Notes: generated by a model not told the origin, from the sequence alone. 64,000 nucleotides of DNA from Nitrospirales bacterium (GCA_965223295.1 CBDCWC010000002.1:305101-369100); one strand, 5' to 3'. Numbered from the stretch's first letter, positions 36,296 to 46,844 are shown. Numbers and translations: made by a program.

Positions 36296-37699
36296 TTGTC
36301 AATGAAGCAACCCAATTCTCAGAAAATTTCCCAAAGTCGTGGTATCTCTGCCAGCGTGACACCGGATACGGCCATGAATATGTTGTCACAACAGGAAGTC
36401 GAGAAACTGCGTGAGACGAGTGAAGGCGGCCTTCATGAACTGTTTAGAAATAGTGCGTTGGCGGTTCTTACAAGTGGGAATGATACGGACGATACCAAGG
36501 CTTTTTTCTCTCGCTACGTTGATTTTGATATCGGTTTAGTCCAGCGGGATCGAGGCGTCAAGATTGAACTTACCAATGCGCCGGCCAGGGCGTTTGTGGA
36601 TGGAAAGTTGATTCAAGGGATTAAAGAGCATCTCTTTTCCGTCTTGCGTGACATTATTTATGTCCATAACGAAATTCAACACGATGAAAAATTTGATTTA
36701 ACGACCTCGTCTGGAATCACCAATGCCGTCTTTCATATTTTACGCAATGCTGACGTGATTCATTCTGTTGAGGATCCTCATCTTGTCGTATGCTGGGGAG
36801 GTCATTCAATTGGTGAGCGTGAATACCGGTATACGAAAGAAGTGGGACATCAACTAGGCTTGCGCGGCATGGATATTTGTACGGGCTGTGGGCCAGGGGC
36901 GATGAAGGGACCTATGAAGGGAGCGGCTCTAGCTCATGCCAAACAACGGATCAAAGACGGGCGGTATTTAGGGTTAACAGAGCCTGGCATTATTACCGCA
37001 GAAGCCCCGAATCCCATTGTGAATGAACTGGTTATCATGCCAGATATTGAGAAACGCCTCGAGGCGTTTCTTAGGGTTGGACATGGTTTCTTAGTATTTC
37101 CGGGAGGAGCTGGGACGTTGGAAGAAGTTCTTTATCTCTTAGGTATACTCCTTCACCCAGATAATGAAGAAATTCCTTTTCCCCTCATTTTTACAGGCCC
37201 AAAGGGGAGCGAAGACTATTTCGAGACGATTGATATGTTTGTGAAACAGACACTTGGGATCCAGGCTGCACAACGCTATCAAATTGTTATCGATGATCCT
37301 CAACGTGGTGCTAATGAGATGATGTCCGGCATTCAGCAAGTGCGGGAATTTCGTAGAAAAACCCACGACGCATTCTATTTCAATTGGCATCTAACGATTG
37401 ATCTTGAGTTTCAACAGCCATTTAGACCAACACATGAGTCAATGGAAAAGTTAGACTTACATCTTGACCAACCCATCCATATGTTGGCGGCCAATCTACG
37501 CCGAGCTTTTTCAGGTATAGTGGCCGGCCATGTCAAAACTCACGCGCTCAATGCCATTGAGCAACATGGGCCGTTCAATATTCATGGCGATCCGTCGATT
37601 ATGAAATTAATGGATGACCTTCTCCAATCTTTTGTGACTCAAGGTCGGATGAAAATTGACCAACACAACTTCCAGCCCTGCTACGAAATCATTGCCTAG
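36296..37699 (+). CDS. ppnN: Pyrimidine/purine nucleotide 5'-monophosphate nucleosidase (YgdH, LOG family)
   Basis: LFRNSALAVL, VVCWGGHSI, TGCGPGAMKGPMKGA, IEKRLEAF, FPGGAGT, NLRRAFSGIVAG. Confidence 0.9.
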   Translation: MSMKQPNSQKISQSRGISASVTPDTAMNMLSQQEVEKLRETSEGGLHELFRNSALAVLTSGNDTDDTKAFFSRYVDFDIGLVQRDRGVKIELTNAPARAFVDGKLIQGIKEHLFSVLRDIIYVHNEIQHDEKFDLTTSSGITNAVFHILRNADVIHSVEDPHLVVCWGGHSIGEREYRYTKEVGHQLGLRGMDICTGCGPGAMKGPMKGAALAHAKQRIKDGRYLGLTEPGIITAEAPNPIVNELVIMPDIEKRLEAFLRVGHGFLVFPGGAGTLEEVLYLLGILLHPDNEEIPFPLIFTGPKGSEDYFETIDMFVKQTLGIQAAQRYQIVIDDPQRGANEMMSGIQQVREFRRKTHDAFYFNWHLTIDLEFQQPFRPTHESMEKLDLHLDQPIHMLAANLRRAFSGIVAGHVKTHALNAIEQHGPFNIHGDPSIMKLMDDLLQSFVTQGRMKIDQHNFQPCYEIIA

Positions 37700-37856
37700 A
37701 AGTTGAAAATTAACAATCGAGTCGTGAGAAGGACTCTGTTACGCAGTTTTCTTTGGATGTTCTAGAAAGCTTCTCAGAAACTTCTTGAAAAAGTTGCTTA
37801 TTTGAGATTCAGCGAAATTGTTAGTTGAGTAGAGACTTTTTTTAACCAACAGAAGA

Positions 37857-39647
37857 GTGATTTATCTGTCCACCGAGGATTACGAATGCATGCCGAGCCA
37901 TTCTGATCTACGCCAGCTGCTCCGTCAGCTGGATGGACAGGGATATAAAGCCTATAAAAGTCTCGAAGGTTCGTATAACTTTGGGACATATACGCTCTAC
38001 ATTGATCATGTTCAGGGAGATCCGTTCGCTGAACCTTCAAAGGTTCGTGTTCGGATTGCTCATGATGTTTCAGGGTTTCCTGAAGATCTGTGGGCTAACA
38101 AAATTCGAGCTGTGGCTTTTCGGGATTATGTGGCCAGAGCGATACGCGCAGCTATCGCGGAGGTTGTGCGGGGCAACCGAGGAATTGGCAAAAGTGGGAT
38201 GGTTACTATTGATGCTGGAGGTCAGGAGGTCTTGGAACGAACGGCAGTGGTTTTGGGTGACAATTGGGTAGAAGCCCGCATGGAAATTGGGCTTCCTGCA
38301 CGAGGGCGGACGATTCTTGGTGAGCAGGCTGAAGCCATGTTGTCTGAGGAAATTCCGACCATTATTGATAGGGCATTACGATGGAAAGCAATTCCTGAGG
38401 CTCTGTGTCGGGACTTTGTCAATCAGGCAGAAAATTTCCATGCGATTCAATCGCAGTTAGCTTCCAAGAGACTCGTGGCGTTTGTGGCTGACGGGGCCAT
38501 GTTGCCTCGTGCTAGTGGCGCCTGGGATCTTCCGCTTGAGGCTGCTCAAGTGGCTAAATGGCATGCACCCGATTCGCTTTCTGTCTCTTTCCAGGTCCCT
38601 CATCCCGTCAATGGAGTAGCAAATTGCTCTACAAGGGTGAGGGGGCTGGGTGTTCCACAGGGTGTAACGCTGATTGTAGGGGGCGGCTATCATGGAAAAT
38701 CGACGTTACTGCAAGCCTTACAACGAGGGGTCTATCCGCATATCCCTTCTGACGGTAGGGAATTGGTGGTCATGGCTCCCAATGCAGTAAAAATTCGTGC
38801 GGAAGATGGACGGCGGGTAGAACAAGTCGATATCAGTGGTTTTATTCAACATCTTCCCAGGAAAGGGTCAACCACCACTTTTTCCACAAATGATGCGAGT
38901 GGGAGCACAAGCCAAGCCGCTAGCATTCTTGAAGCGTTGGAAGCGGGTGCTCAAGTTCTCTTGTTGGATGAAGATACCAGTGCCACGAACTTTATGGTTC
39001 GAGATGCGCGAATGCAAGCCTTGGTTCAGCGAAAGGATGAACCCATTACTCCCTTTCTTGATCGTGTGCGAGAATTGTATGAAACCTTTGGGGTGTCTAC
39101 GGTTCTGGTGATGGGTGGATGCGGTGATTATTTCGATGTGGCTGATCAGGTCATCAAGATGAATGAATTTTCTCCCGTGGATGTGACGAAAGAAGCCCGG
39201 AGTGTGGCTGTACAATATCCTTCAACACGGACACGGGAAGTGGGCGATTCGTTTTCCGCTAGTAAACCGCGAGTGCCTCAGCGCGAATCCATCAGTGCGG
39301 TCAAGGGCCGGCATCAAGCAAAAATCGTTGCATGGTCTCTCCATGAACTGGGTTTTGGGCAAGAGAATATAGATTTGATTGGTGTAGAACAGATTGTCGA
39401 TGTGAGTCAAACTCGCGCCATAGGGCAAGCCTTGCAGTTGGCGGCAAAGCGAATAATAAATGGAGTCAAGACCATTAAGGAAGTTCTTGAAGATGTTGAG
39501 AAGTTGTTCGATCAACAAGGGCTTGATGTTCTTTCACCATTTGCGATTGCCGAGCATCATCCGGGAAACTTCGCACGGCCAAGACGATTTGAAATGGCGG
39601 CAGCGTTAAATCGTCTTCGTACCGTTCACATGCAACAGAAGGATTAA
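37857..39647 (+). CDS. ABC-class ATPase domain-containing protein (stand-alone, no permease)
   Basis: DHVQGDPFAEPS, GGGYHGKST, RAEDGR, STNDASGSTSQAA, LLDEDTSATNFM. Confidence 0.85.
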   Translation: MIYLSTEDYECMPSHSDLRQLLRQLDGQGYKAYKSLEGSYNFGTYTLYIDHVQGDPFAEPSKVRVRIAHDVSGFPEDLWANKIRAVAFRDYVARAIRAAIAEVVRGNRGIGKSGMVTIDAGGQEVLERTAVVLGDNWVEARMEIGLPARGRTILGEQAEAMLSEEIPTIIDRALRWKAIPEALCRDFVNQAENFHAIQSQLASKRLVAFVADGAMLPRASGAWDLPLEAAQVAKWHAPDSLSVSFQVPHPVNGVANCSTRVRGLGVPQGVTLIVGGGYHGKSTLLQALQRGVYPHIPSDGRELVVMAPNAVKIRAEDGRRVEQVDISGFIQHLPRKGSTTTFSTNDASGSTSQAASILEALEAGAQVLLLDEDTSATNFMVRDARMQALVQRKDEPITPFLDRVRELYETFGVSTVLVMGGCGDYFDVADQVIKMNEFSPVDVTKEARSVAVQYPSTRTREVGDSFSASKPRVPQRESISAVKGRHQAKIVAWSLHELGFGQENIDLIGVEQIVDVSQTRAIGQALQLAAKRIINGVKTIKEVLEDVEKLFDQQGLDVLSPFAIAEHHPGNFARPRRFEMAAALNRLRTVHMQQKD

Positions 39648-39680
39648 CTGTTCCTGTCAGGATATTCAAGCACACCATAC

Positions 39681-40964
39681 CTATAAGGTGACCCAGTCTT
39701 CCAGGAGGGCATCCATTTGAAATTCGATTTCCTCGGGAGGCAAGATTTTGACGATCTCAGGGCCCTGGCTTTCCGTTCCTAAGACAGAAAAATTAAAAGG
39801 TATAGGTTCTGAAAATGGTTGATGTGCTGAATTCTGAATCAACAATATGGTGGGATGAAGCAGATTTTCTTTGGAGTTTGCCGTGACGATGCCTCGCTCG
39901 CCAGTGCTGAGTTCGACAAAACTATAGGTCGGATAAATACCAATGAGATTAATAAAGTTGGTTGTTAACTCCGCATCAATGAGACCTTTCTTGGCCTGTT
40001 GATATAAGTTCTGAAGTGCGCTGCGGACGGTTTGTGGTTTTCCGTTTTTCTGACCGCTTAGCAGTTCATCATATTCATCGACCAAGCGTAGGATTCGGCT
40101 GGCCGGCTGAATAGTGGACGGATCAATATCTGTCGGGTAGCCGGATCCATCCAAAGCAACATGATGTTCGCGAATTAATTGCTGGACGCTTTCCGATAGC
40201 ATAGATTCTTGTATGAGTAAGTCCAGCCCACGTTGCGGATGAGTGTGGTAAAGCGCTAATTCTGATTCAGATAGTTGTTGAAAAGGTTTCTGGATCGTTT
40301 GAGGCATGTTCACGAGTCCCGCATCATGGAAGAGTCCAGCGGTTGCCAGATCTTGGCATGCGGATTCTTCTAACCCCACCGCTCGTCCTAACAACACGGA
40401 TAGGGTGCTGACCGCTAATGCATGATCATACAAGGCTGGGGAAAACTCCCTTGTGCGGATGAGGGAAATCGCAGCTTCTTCATGGTCAAGTGTGTTGGCC
40501 ATGATGGAGTGAGTGATGTCATTCACTTTCTCAACCGCGACTCCTCCCGTTTTCGAAAGAGTTTCAAGAATATCCTGAACGCCTTCCAACATGTGCTGGT
40601 GATTTTCTTTAATTTTGTGGAGTTCTCCTCCGAGAGATTTCCCTTGCACGGCATGAGGGAGATTCTCTATTCGTTCGATTTCAGTCTGTAGGGAATTTTC
40701 TGGTAGTTCTTGATGTGACTCAAGAGTAGAAGATTCAAGTACTTCGGGTTGAGGTTCAGTTTCTGAACCTGTGATCTCATCTAACCCCCGGTCCGTATCA
40801 ATGGTGATTTCTTTGATTCCGCATTGATGCAATTTGGTCAGGTCTGAAGATGATCGAATGAGAAACCGGTGCCGAAGGAACGGAGTGTCTAACCAGGAAC
40901 AGTCAATCCCACAGAGATACATGCCCACTTTGGCTGATGAAATTGGAATGGTTTTCTTTGCCAT
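39681..40964 (-). CDS. HD-GYP domain protein with N-terminal DUF3391-like region
   Basis: KVGMY..IDCSWLDTPF, YDHAL, LFHDAG, HHVALDGSGYP. Confidence 0.85.
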   Translation of the reverse strand: MAKKTIPISSAKVGMYLCGIDCSWLDTPFLRHRFLIRSSSDLTKLHQCGIKEITIDTDRGLDEITGSETEPQPEVLESSTLESHQELPENSLQTEIERIENLPHAVQGKSLGGELHKIKENHQHMLEGVQDILETLSKTGGVAVEKVNDITHSIMANTLDHEEAAISLIRTREFSPALYDHALAVSTLSVLLGRAVGLEESACQDLATAGLFHDAGLVNMPQTIQKPFQQLSESELALYHTHPQRGLDLLIQESMLSESVQQLIREHHVALDGSGYPTDIDPSTIQPASRILRLVDEYDELLSGQKNGKPQTVRSALQNLYQQAKKGLIDAELTTNFINLIGIYPTYSFVELSTGERGIVTANSKENLLHPTILLIQNSAHQPFSEPIPFNFSVLGTESQGPEIVKILPPEEIEFQMDALLEDWVTL

Positions 40965-41294
40965 ATTGGTCGAATCCTACTAGTTTGTAGAATGATAGGG
41001 CGTGTTTTCTGAATGTTCTTGCACCCTATTTCCATTATCGGATTGAGCTTTGGGGTTCTTTATTAAGGATGTGCAGTCAAGGCAAAAGATTGAGTGAGTA
41101 GGATTGTCAAACCTGTTTGGTATTTTTATGGAGTGAGGGCCATGCGGAAAAATTTTTCTTGAGAAAGGAGCCTGTTCACCGTGGACTTACAATAAGGCAT
41201 CGCAAACAAAGGAAAATCGCTCAGAGCCTCCTAAGACTTAAGTTCACTATTTCGGCAGCCGAAAGGGAACTAAAAGTCATTATGGAGGACTGCG

Positions 41295-42095
41295 ATGGTT
41301 GGACTTCCGGCATGGTTCTGCAAACCGTTCCTTCGGGCTTCAGTTCGTTCAACAGCGTCTTCCCCATCTAGCTGGATCGTCCCTGTTCATTTTTTCGTGC
41401 TGTCTTTTGTCTTTTCGGGCTTCTTCGGCGTGGTTTCCATCGGGATGCCCTTGAAAGTTGAGGCGGCTCCTGAAGTTTCTTCACCGTTAAAGCATGTTCG
41501 AACGGTGATTCCTATTCTCGGAACGACCATGAACGAACAAGCTGAACCAGTTGGGATTGTTGCCGAAATTGAACTAGAATTTCTTGAGCGTCGAGACCAT
41601 GACGGTTTGGATGTGCAATTTCAGACGACGCCTGGAAATTTTTCTCCTTACGCTCAACAGTCGGTCATTCAAGCGTTGCATCGGGTGGTAGAAGCGGCCG
41701 CCTTGAATCCGGATTCTTGGACCATTCGTTTCCGGTTGCCGTATCCAGGTGTGACATTATATGGTGAAAGCTTATCCGCTATGGCGGCACTGAATATTGT
41801 GGCTCTTGCCAAGAATGAGCCGGTGGACGAAGAGACTGTGTTGACAGGGACTGTGACAGCTGATGGACATGTCGGGACCGTAGGCGGAGTTCCATTGAAA
41901 ATTTTAGCTGCGCATGAACAACATTATCGCAAAGTCTTGATTCCTGAAGAACCTGATGTTGCTGATGATGATTGGGAAACCCCTTTCCTGATGGAAGTCC
42001 GGCCTGTTGGCTCCATTAGCAAAGCGTATTTGGCTTTGACCAATCGACCGCTTCGGAAATCCAAACAATCCTTGACGGCAGGGTTAACTCCTTAA
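41295..42095 (+). CDS. Stand-alone Lon-type (S16) serine protease domain with N-terminal hydrophobic segment
   Basis: YGESLSA (catalytic Ser position), LTGTVTADGHVGTVGGVPLKI (catalytic Lys). Confidence 0.75.
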   Translation: MVGLPAWFCKPFLRASVRSTASSPSSWIVPVHFFVLSFVFSGFFGVVSIGMPLKVEAAPEVSSPLKHVRTVIPILGTTMNEQAEPVGIVAEIELEFLERRDHDGLDVQFQTTPGNFSPYAQQSVIQALHRVVEAAALNPDSWTIRFRLPYPGVTLYGESLSAMAALNIVALAKNEPVDEETVLTGTVTADGHVGTVGGVPLKILAAHEQHYRKVLIPEEPDVADDDWETPFLMEVRPVGSISKAYLALTNRPLRKSKQSLTAGLTP

Positions 42096-42200
42096 GACCA
42101 CCCCTTTCTTTCAAGCAACCATTTCAGACATCATTGTTTTTTTGATGAATGTTCAGAGGTCGATGGCTTGAGTTGCAGTATCGTCTCTAGGAAATAACAA

Positions 42201-42842
42201 TTGATGAAGTCTGAACGTCGGCTCTGTTTAGCCGTTGATATTGATAATGTCCTAGCAAGAGCTGAACCGGAAGTGCAGCGTCTGTTCCAGGAATTGACCG
42301 GAACCATCTGGCCATTTGGGACGTATGGCAGCGCCGGAGGTTTGGATGCCAGTGAAATAGAGCAGACGCTTCTTGAGGAAATTTTTGACCGTTTTCATGA
42401 AACATCCATTCCTGGGTTACCGCTATTCCCAGGCGCAAGGCAGGTATTGCATGCAGTTCAGCCTGATTGTCGAATCATTATCGTCACGGCCAGGCGCCCC
42501 TATTCCCGTCCGCAAACCTTACAATGGCTGATGGACCATCATATCCCTTTCGAGGCTCTCTACCATACCGAGGAAAAAACGAAGATTCCTGAAACCATTA
42601 CTCACGCCATTGATGATCATCCGCATCATCTCGAATGCTATCAAGAGCTCGGGGCGAAGGTGTTTGTGATGGATCATCCCTGGAATCGTCACGTGACCGA
42701 TCCCCATATAGTTCGCGTGACAGGTTGGGATGCCTTCCAGCAGTGGTGGCATGTTCGGCATATAAAAAATTCCTGGCCAGATCGTGTACCAGAAGCTCCT
42801 ATGCCTCATCAATTGTGGAAACGATTGCCGGTTCCAGCCTAA
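42201..42842 (+). CDS. HAD-superfamily 5'(3')-nucleotidase (NT5C-like)
   Basis: AVDIDNVLA, IIVTAR, AIDDHP, DHPWNR. Confidence 0.8.
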   Translation: MMKSERRLCLAVDIDNVLARAEPEVQRLFQELTGTIWPFGTYGSAGGLDASEIEQTLLEEIFDRFHETSIPGLPLFPGARQVLHAVQPDCRIIIVTARRPYSRPQTLQWLMDHHIPFEALYHTEEKTKIPETITHAIDDHPHHLECYQELGAKVFVMDHPWNRHVTDPHIVRVTGWDAFQQWWHVRHIKNSWPDRVPEAPMPHQLWKRLPVPA

Positions 42843-42996
42843 TGGTGCTGAATTTCTAATTTTCTGTCAGAAGTATTTCCTGCCAGCCAAGCAAGATTTT
42901 TTTAATTGAGACGATAAGGATCTCAAAGTAGAGCTTCCATTCTGCGTATCATTTGAAAGAATCATAAGGAAATATCGCCATTCTGTTGAGAATGTC

Positions 42997-43482
42997 ATGG
43001 TTTACCCTCCTATTCAAACCATATTGTTAGCTGAAGATAGTCCGAATGATTGTGAGGTCATACGGGAAGCCTGGGCAGAGTCTCCGGTCGGGGATCGACT
43101 GCGGGTAGTGAATACAGGAGCAGAACTGCTGGATTATTTAGGCCGACAAGGAGCCTTTGCTTCTCCAGAAGCTTCGCCTCGTCCTAGCGTAATTTTACTG
43201 GATTTAAATATGCCTCTTATGTCAGGTGCTGAAGTCTTGAAAGAAATGAAACAAGACACAAGTCTGGCCTCCATTCCTGTTGTGGTGTTGACCACATCGA
43301 AAGCGCCACGGGACATTGTTCAAACTGCTGGGTTAGGCGTCAATGGGTATATACAGAAACCCAATACCTATGGAGGCTATTTGACAATCTTCACCAATCT
43401 TCGAAAGCACTGGGGTGAAATTCTTGATCGTCCGTTTTCCAATGGAGGGTCCGATTGGAGTGGCAATCTAGCCTGGTGCTAG
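42997..43482 (+). CDS. Single-domain response regulator (Rcp1/CheY-like)
   Basis: LLAEDS, ILLDLNMP, IPVVVLTTS, YIQKP. Confidence 0.9.
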   Translation: MVYPPIQTILLAEDSPNDCEVIREAWAESPVGDRLRVVNTGAELLDYLGRQGAFASPEASPRPSVILLDLNMPLMSGAEVLKEMKQDTSLASIPVVVLTTSKAPRDIVQTAGLGVNGYIQKPNTYGGYLTIFTNLRKHWGEILDRPFSNGGSDWSGNLAWC

Positions 43483-43732
43483 ATTTCTTGATAGCGATTT
43501 ATCACGGCTGGTCCTTTTTCTTGACCGACATAAATCAAAATTTGAGTCCCATCGAATATGTGATGATTTAAGACACAATCGATCCCCAGATCAACCGACC
43601 TCCCAGAGCGTTGGCGAGGGTTTTTACTTATTGCTTTGAAAGTAAGTATTTTCATCCCTACCTAAAGTTCTCTCACCACGAACCGACATGATTCTATATA
43701 GACTGATGGGAGGGTGAAGAATTACGCACCGT

Positions 43733-44827
43733 TTGTGCTCACTGGGAGTGGAAGCGGGTCACCTGAAACGATTAGAAACCATGAGGAAAATGAGAATGGT
43801 TATGAAAACACATTTTTTCTTAACGAGCACGGTGGTGGTGTTGGGAGTATCATTGTTCAGTACAAGTTATGCAGCCAATACTTCCGAATATTTGCATTTG
43901 ATCCGACATCGTGATTCCAGCGGCAATTTGCTGGTGGCACCGGCTCAACACCAGGCCAAACCATCAGTCATGCAAAAAACCGTGATGCCGGCACAGCCAA
44001 AGACCTTTGAGCGACGGAGCACCGATTGGGGAATGAGTCTTCAAGAAGTAAAAGAAAATGAACCCGTGCAGCCATCATGGGAATTGATGTCACCCGTGTT
44101 GGCCAATAGTGAACAGCGTGTTGGGTATCACACCAAGATTGAAGACATTCCTGCTGCCCTGACCTACTCCTTCTATGAAAACCATCTTGGTCAAGCCAAA
44201 TATGTTTTTGAGCCCGAGCATGAGGATGCGGCTGAATTTGTTGGGGATTTTCATGCTGTGAAAGATTGGATTACTCAAAGTTATGGCTCACCGACTCACG
44301 TTGAAGAGATTTGGTTGGACGATCTCTATCAATATGATGAAAGTCTGTGGGGTCAAGCCGTGCTGCGTGGGCATTTGGTGATGGTTGCTGAGTGGGAAAA
44401 ACCAGGAACCGATATTGTGCTCGTCTTAGATGGGGGAGATGATACCGTTGGATTAGTTGCAGATTTTGCGAGCACCACCGTTGTGCGCCCTGTCGTCTAT
44501 GATACATCGAGTCAGGAAGACAATATTGATGAAGCGGTCATGATGGAAGAAGGTACGATGGAAGAAGTCGTTCCCTCAGAGCCCATGCCTAAGCCAATGG
44601 TCGAAGATGCAGCAGCAGTTCCGAACATGGCGTCGGAACATGAGTTAACCGACACTCACACCGAACCGAGCCTGGATTCTCCAGCCTATGAAGATGAAAT
44701 ACGAGAATTAGAGGAAATAGAGTCCATGCTGATGGAGACCTCAGAAGGTCCATCCGTCGAAGATTCACTGCATGACCCGGTTCCATCGGTAGACTCTGAA
44801 GAGCATTCTCAAGCGCCTGCGATGTAA
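43733..44827 (+). CDS. Secreted hypothetical protein with acidic C-terminal tail
   Basis: Signal peptide after MKTHFF (start probably later than the ORF call); core WGMSLQEVKE...WLDDLYQ...WGQAV..GHL..VAEW; Glu/Asp/Pro-rich tail. Confidence 0.7.
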   Translation: MCSLGVEAGHLKRLETMRKMRMVMKTHFFLTSTVVVLGVSLFSTSYAANTSEYLHLIRHRDSSGNLLVAPAQHQAKPSVMQKTVMPAQPKTFERRSTDWGMSLQEVKENEPVQPSWELMSPVLANSEQRVGYHTKIEDIPAALTYSFYENHLGQAKYVFEPEHEDAAEFVGDFHAVKDWITQSYGSPTHVEEIWLDDLYQYDESLWGQAVLRGHLVMVAEWEKPGTDIVLVLDGGDDTVGLVADFASTTVVRPVVYDTSSQEDNIDEAVMMEEGTMEEVVPSEPMPKPMVEDAAAVPNMASEHELTDTHTEPSLDSPAYEDEIRELEEIESMLMETSEGPSVEDSLHDPVPSVDSEEHSQAPAM

Positions 44828-45058
44828 AGCAGATTAAGATCCTCACTATTAGAGTTAGAGATACGGCGGCTTTTCGAAAAATTTTCAAAGATTTCTGATT
44901 GCTATCTTCTTGAAAGGGGAGAAGTGACCTTCTTCCTTCATCATGCCCTTTCGATCCTCAGCAGTCTTCTCGCTTCCAGCGAATTTCTTCTTCCAAAGTA
45001 GAGCGGGTAATCAACCAATCAGGAAACACCTGGTGTGTTTCCGGTCTGTTGCTTCTCT

Positions 45059-45673
45059 TTACCAGTACCAATAAGGATCATGCCAGTAAAAACGGCCTCG
45101 TGGACCCCAGAAAGGATAGGCATAGGGATAAGGGCCCCAATACGGGTACGGATAGCTATAGCGGGGGTAGTTTGTCGAATGATCAGGCCAAATTTTGAGT
45201 TCTTGGATGATCAGGGTTGGGTAGGTGTAGTCTGTTTCATCAAGATCTTGCGTGACAGATCCTGACAACTCTCCAACGAGAGTGACGCGGGTGCCGGCAG
45301 GAACCGTAGCAGGATCCAAAAATTTCTTTTGATAGGCAATATACCGGCCTTGAGAATGGGTCAGATCGGTGGAGGGTTCGCGTTCTTGGACGAGAGGGAG
45401 TTGCAGGATGATCAACTCGGTAGAGTCCTGGAGTCGTTTTGCCGAAAGGATTTGGCCTCCCAAAATCACCATTTTTCCTTTATGGTCATCTGGAAAATTC
45501 TTAATTTCAGCAAAAGACAAGGAGTCATTGAGCTGATTGGCCAAATCGGGAGAAAGCGTGGCCTTGTAAGGCTTTACACACCCTGCTAAAAGGGCTAGAG
45601 CACTGAGTCCTACCACGAATCCAAAGAGGGAGGACAATACTGGGCGCCATCGGCTTGTGGTTGAATAGTTCAT
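45059..45673 (-). CDS. Slp family outer-membrane lipoprotein
   Basis: Lipobox LAGC, VILGGQI, FLDPA, Tyr/Pro/Trp-rich C-terminus. Confidence 0.85.
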   Translation of the reverse strand: MNYSTTSRWRPVLSSLFGFVVGLSALALLAGCVKPYKATLSPDLANQLNDSLSFAEIKNFPDDHKGKMVILGGQILSAKRLQDSTELIILQLPLVQEREPSTDLTHSQGRYIAYQKKFLDPATVPAGTRVTLVGELSGSVTQDLDETDYTYPTLIIQELKIWPDHSTNYPRYSYPYPYWGPYPYAYPFWGPRGRFYWHDPYWYW

Positions 45674-45707
45674 CTGTCAGGCCTCAAGGAGGGTAGAATG
45701 ATCATGG

Positions 45708-46034
45708 TTAGGGCTTTTTCTTGGGAGTCGCAAAGTTGATTTCAGTGGCGACCCAATCTCGATCTTGAGGAAGCCCATTCTTTGTGACTTCCGCAACAAG
45801 GCGATCCCCAATTTTCGGACGAGCATCCTTGCTGTGAATGCCGTTGTGTTGAAACACCGTTTCGGGTCGAAACGCCAGAGAAACTTTTTGGCCCTTCGTG
45901 GTTGTCACGACCACATGATCTGTTTCCATGGAGATCACGGTTCCCATGACATGCGCAGCATCTCCGTGCCCCCAGGCAAAAGCGGGAAGTATGAGGATTG
46001 AAGCAAGAATCAACAGGCGAAAAGGCAACTTCAT
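45708..46034 (-). CDS. Small secreted OB-fold-like protein (DUF5666-like)
   Basis: AAGGAG RBS before ATG 46034, signal peptide, AWGHGDAAHVMGTV, KIGDRLV. Confidence 0.7.
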   Translation of the reverse strand: MKLPFRLLILASILILPAFAWGHGDAAHVMGTVISMETDHVVVTTTKGQKVSLAFRPETVFQHNGIHSKDARPKIGDRLVAEVTKNGLPQDRDWVATEINFATPKKKP

Positions 46035-46059
46035 TGAAATACTCCTTTTTGTAATCACA

Positions 46060-46668
46060 TTAATGATGATGGGGAGCGGCAGGTTCGACGTCTTCCCCAG
46101 ATAAAAATTTATCGAGCATATCTTGTTGTTCATATTCGGCACGAGTCATCGGATTGTCTCGTTTCATTTCAGCGATCTCTTCCGGGGTAATATCTGGAAG
46201 ATGCCGAATAAACCACACCAGTTTCCAGCTTTCTTGATCGTCTTCAGGTGGTCCTTTGCCCCAGGCAGGCATCCCGGTAAAGCGGACGCCGTAATGTATC
46301 ACGTAGAAAATTTCTCCATCGGCCATTGATTGAATGACGGGATCCCGGAGATCTGGAACTGGAGGGTAAAAGTTTGGTCCCATTGATGTTTTTCCGCTTC
46401 CATCATTTGCGTGGCAGGTTGCACAATGATCAGCAAAATGATGTCGAGCGTCCGCAAGAACTTCTGGAGTAGGAATGACAGGGTTTGACATCTTGAGAAA
46501 GCGACTGGGAGTTGCCAGGTGACGGACAAATCTTGCCATTTTGACTTCCCATTCGGGAGGAGTTCCTTTTGCGGAAAATGTGCCAGGCAGGAACCACAAG
46601 GCAGCTAAGATTCCTGCAATAAGGAAAACCAAACCAATGAAAAATAGCCGTTTAATTCGTCTTAACAT
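46060..46668 (-). CDS. Membrane-anchored class I cytochrome c
   Basis: N-terminal TM, CATCH, DGEIFYVI..G...TGMPAW, C-terminal HHH. Confidence 0.88.
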   Translation of the reverse strand: MLRRIKRLFFIGLVFLIAGILAALWFLPGTFSAKGTPPEWEVKMARFVRHLATPSRFLKMSNPVIPTPEVLADARHHFADHCATCHANDGSGKTSMGPNFYPPVPDLRDPVIQSMADGEIFYVIHYGVRFTGMPAWGKGPPEDDQESWKLVWFIRHLPDITPEEIAEMKRDNPMTRAEYEQQDMLDKFLSGEDVEPAAPHHH

Positions 46669-46844
46669 TACACTCCTGTATGCTTTAGTGTACCTGGTCC
46701 GAGAATTTCGTTACAAGCAGCCATGAGTACGAGACAATACATGGGTACAAACCAGATGGAATAGCTCGGCTATTGTACCATAGCGAGATGGCTGATCTTG
46801 GGAAGTCTTGATATCCCTTTCCTCTCATATATGGCGCATACATC

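Noticed and set aside
41216-41224. Single ATCGCTCAG matching the lexA promoter repeat
   Set aside because: No partner half-site at 11 bp and no DNA-repair gene nearby; likely chance.
41195-41275. c-di-GMP-I riboswitch-like words (GCAAAC, GAAA) next to the HD-GYP gene
   Set aside because: The stem around the GAAA loop does not pair.
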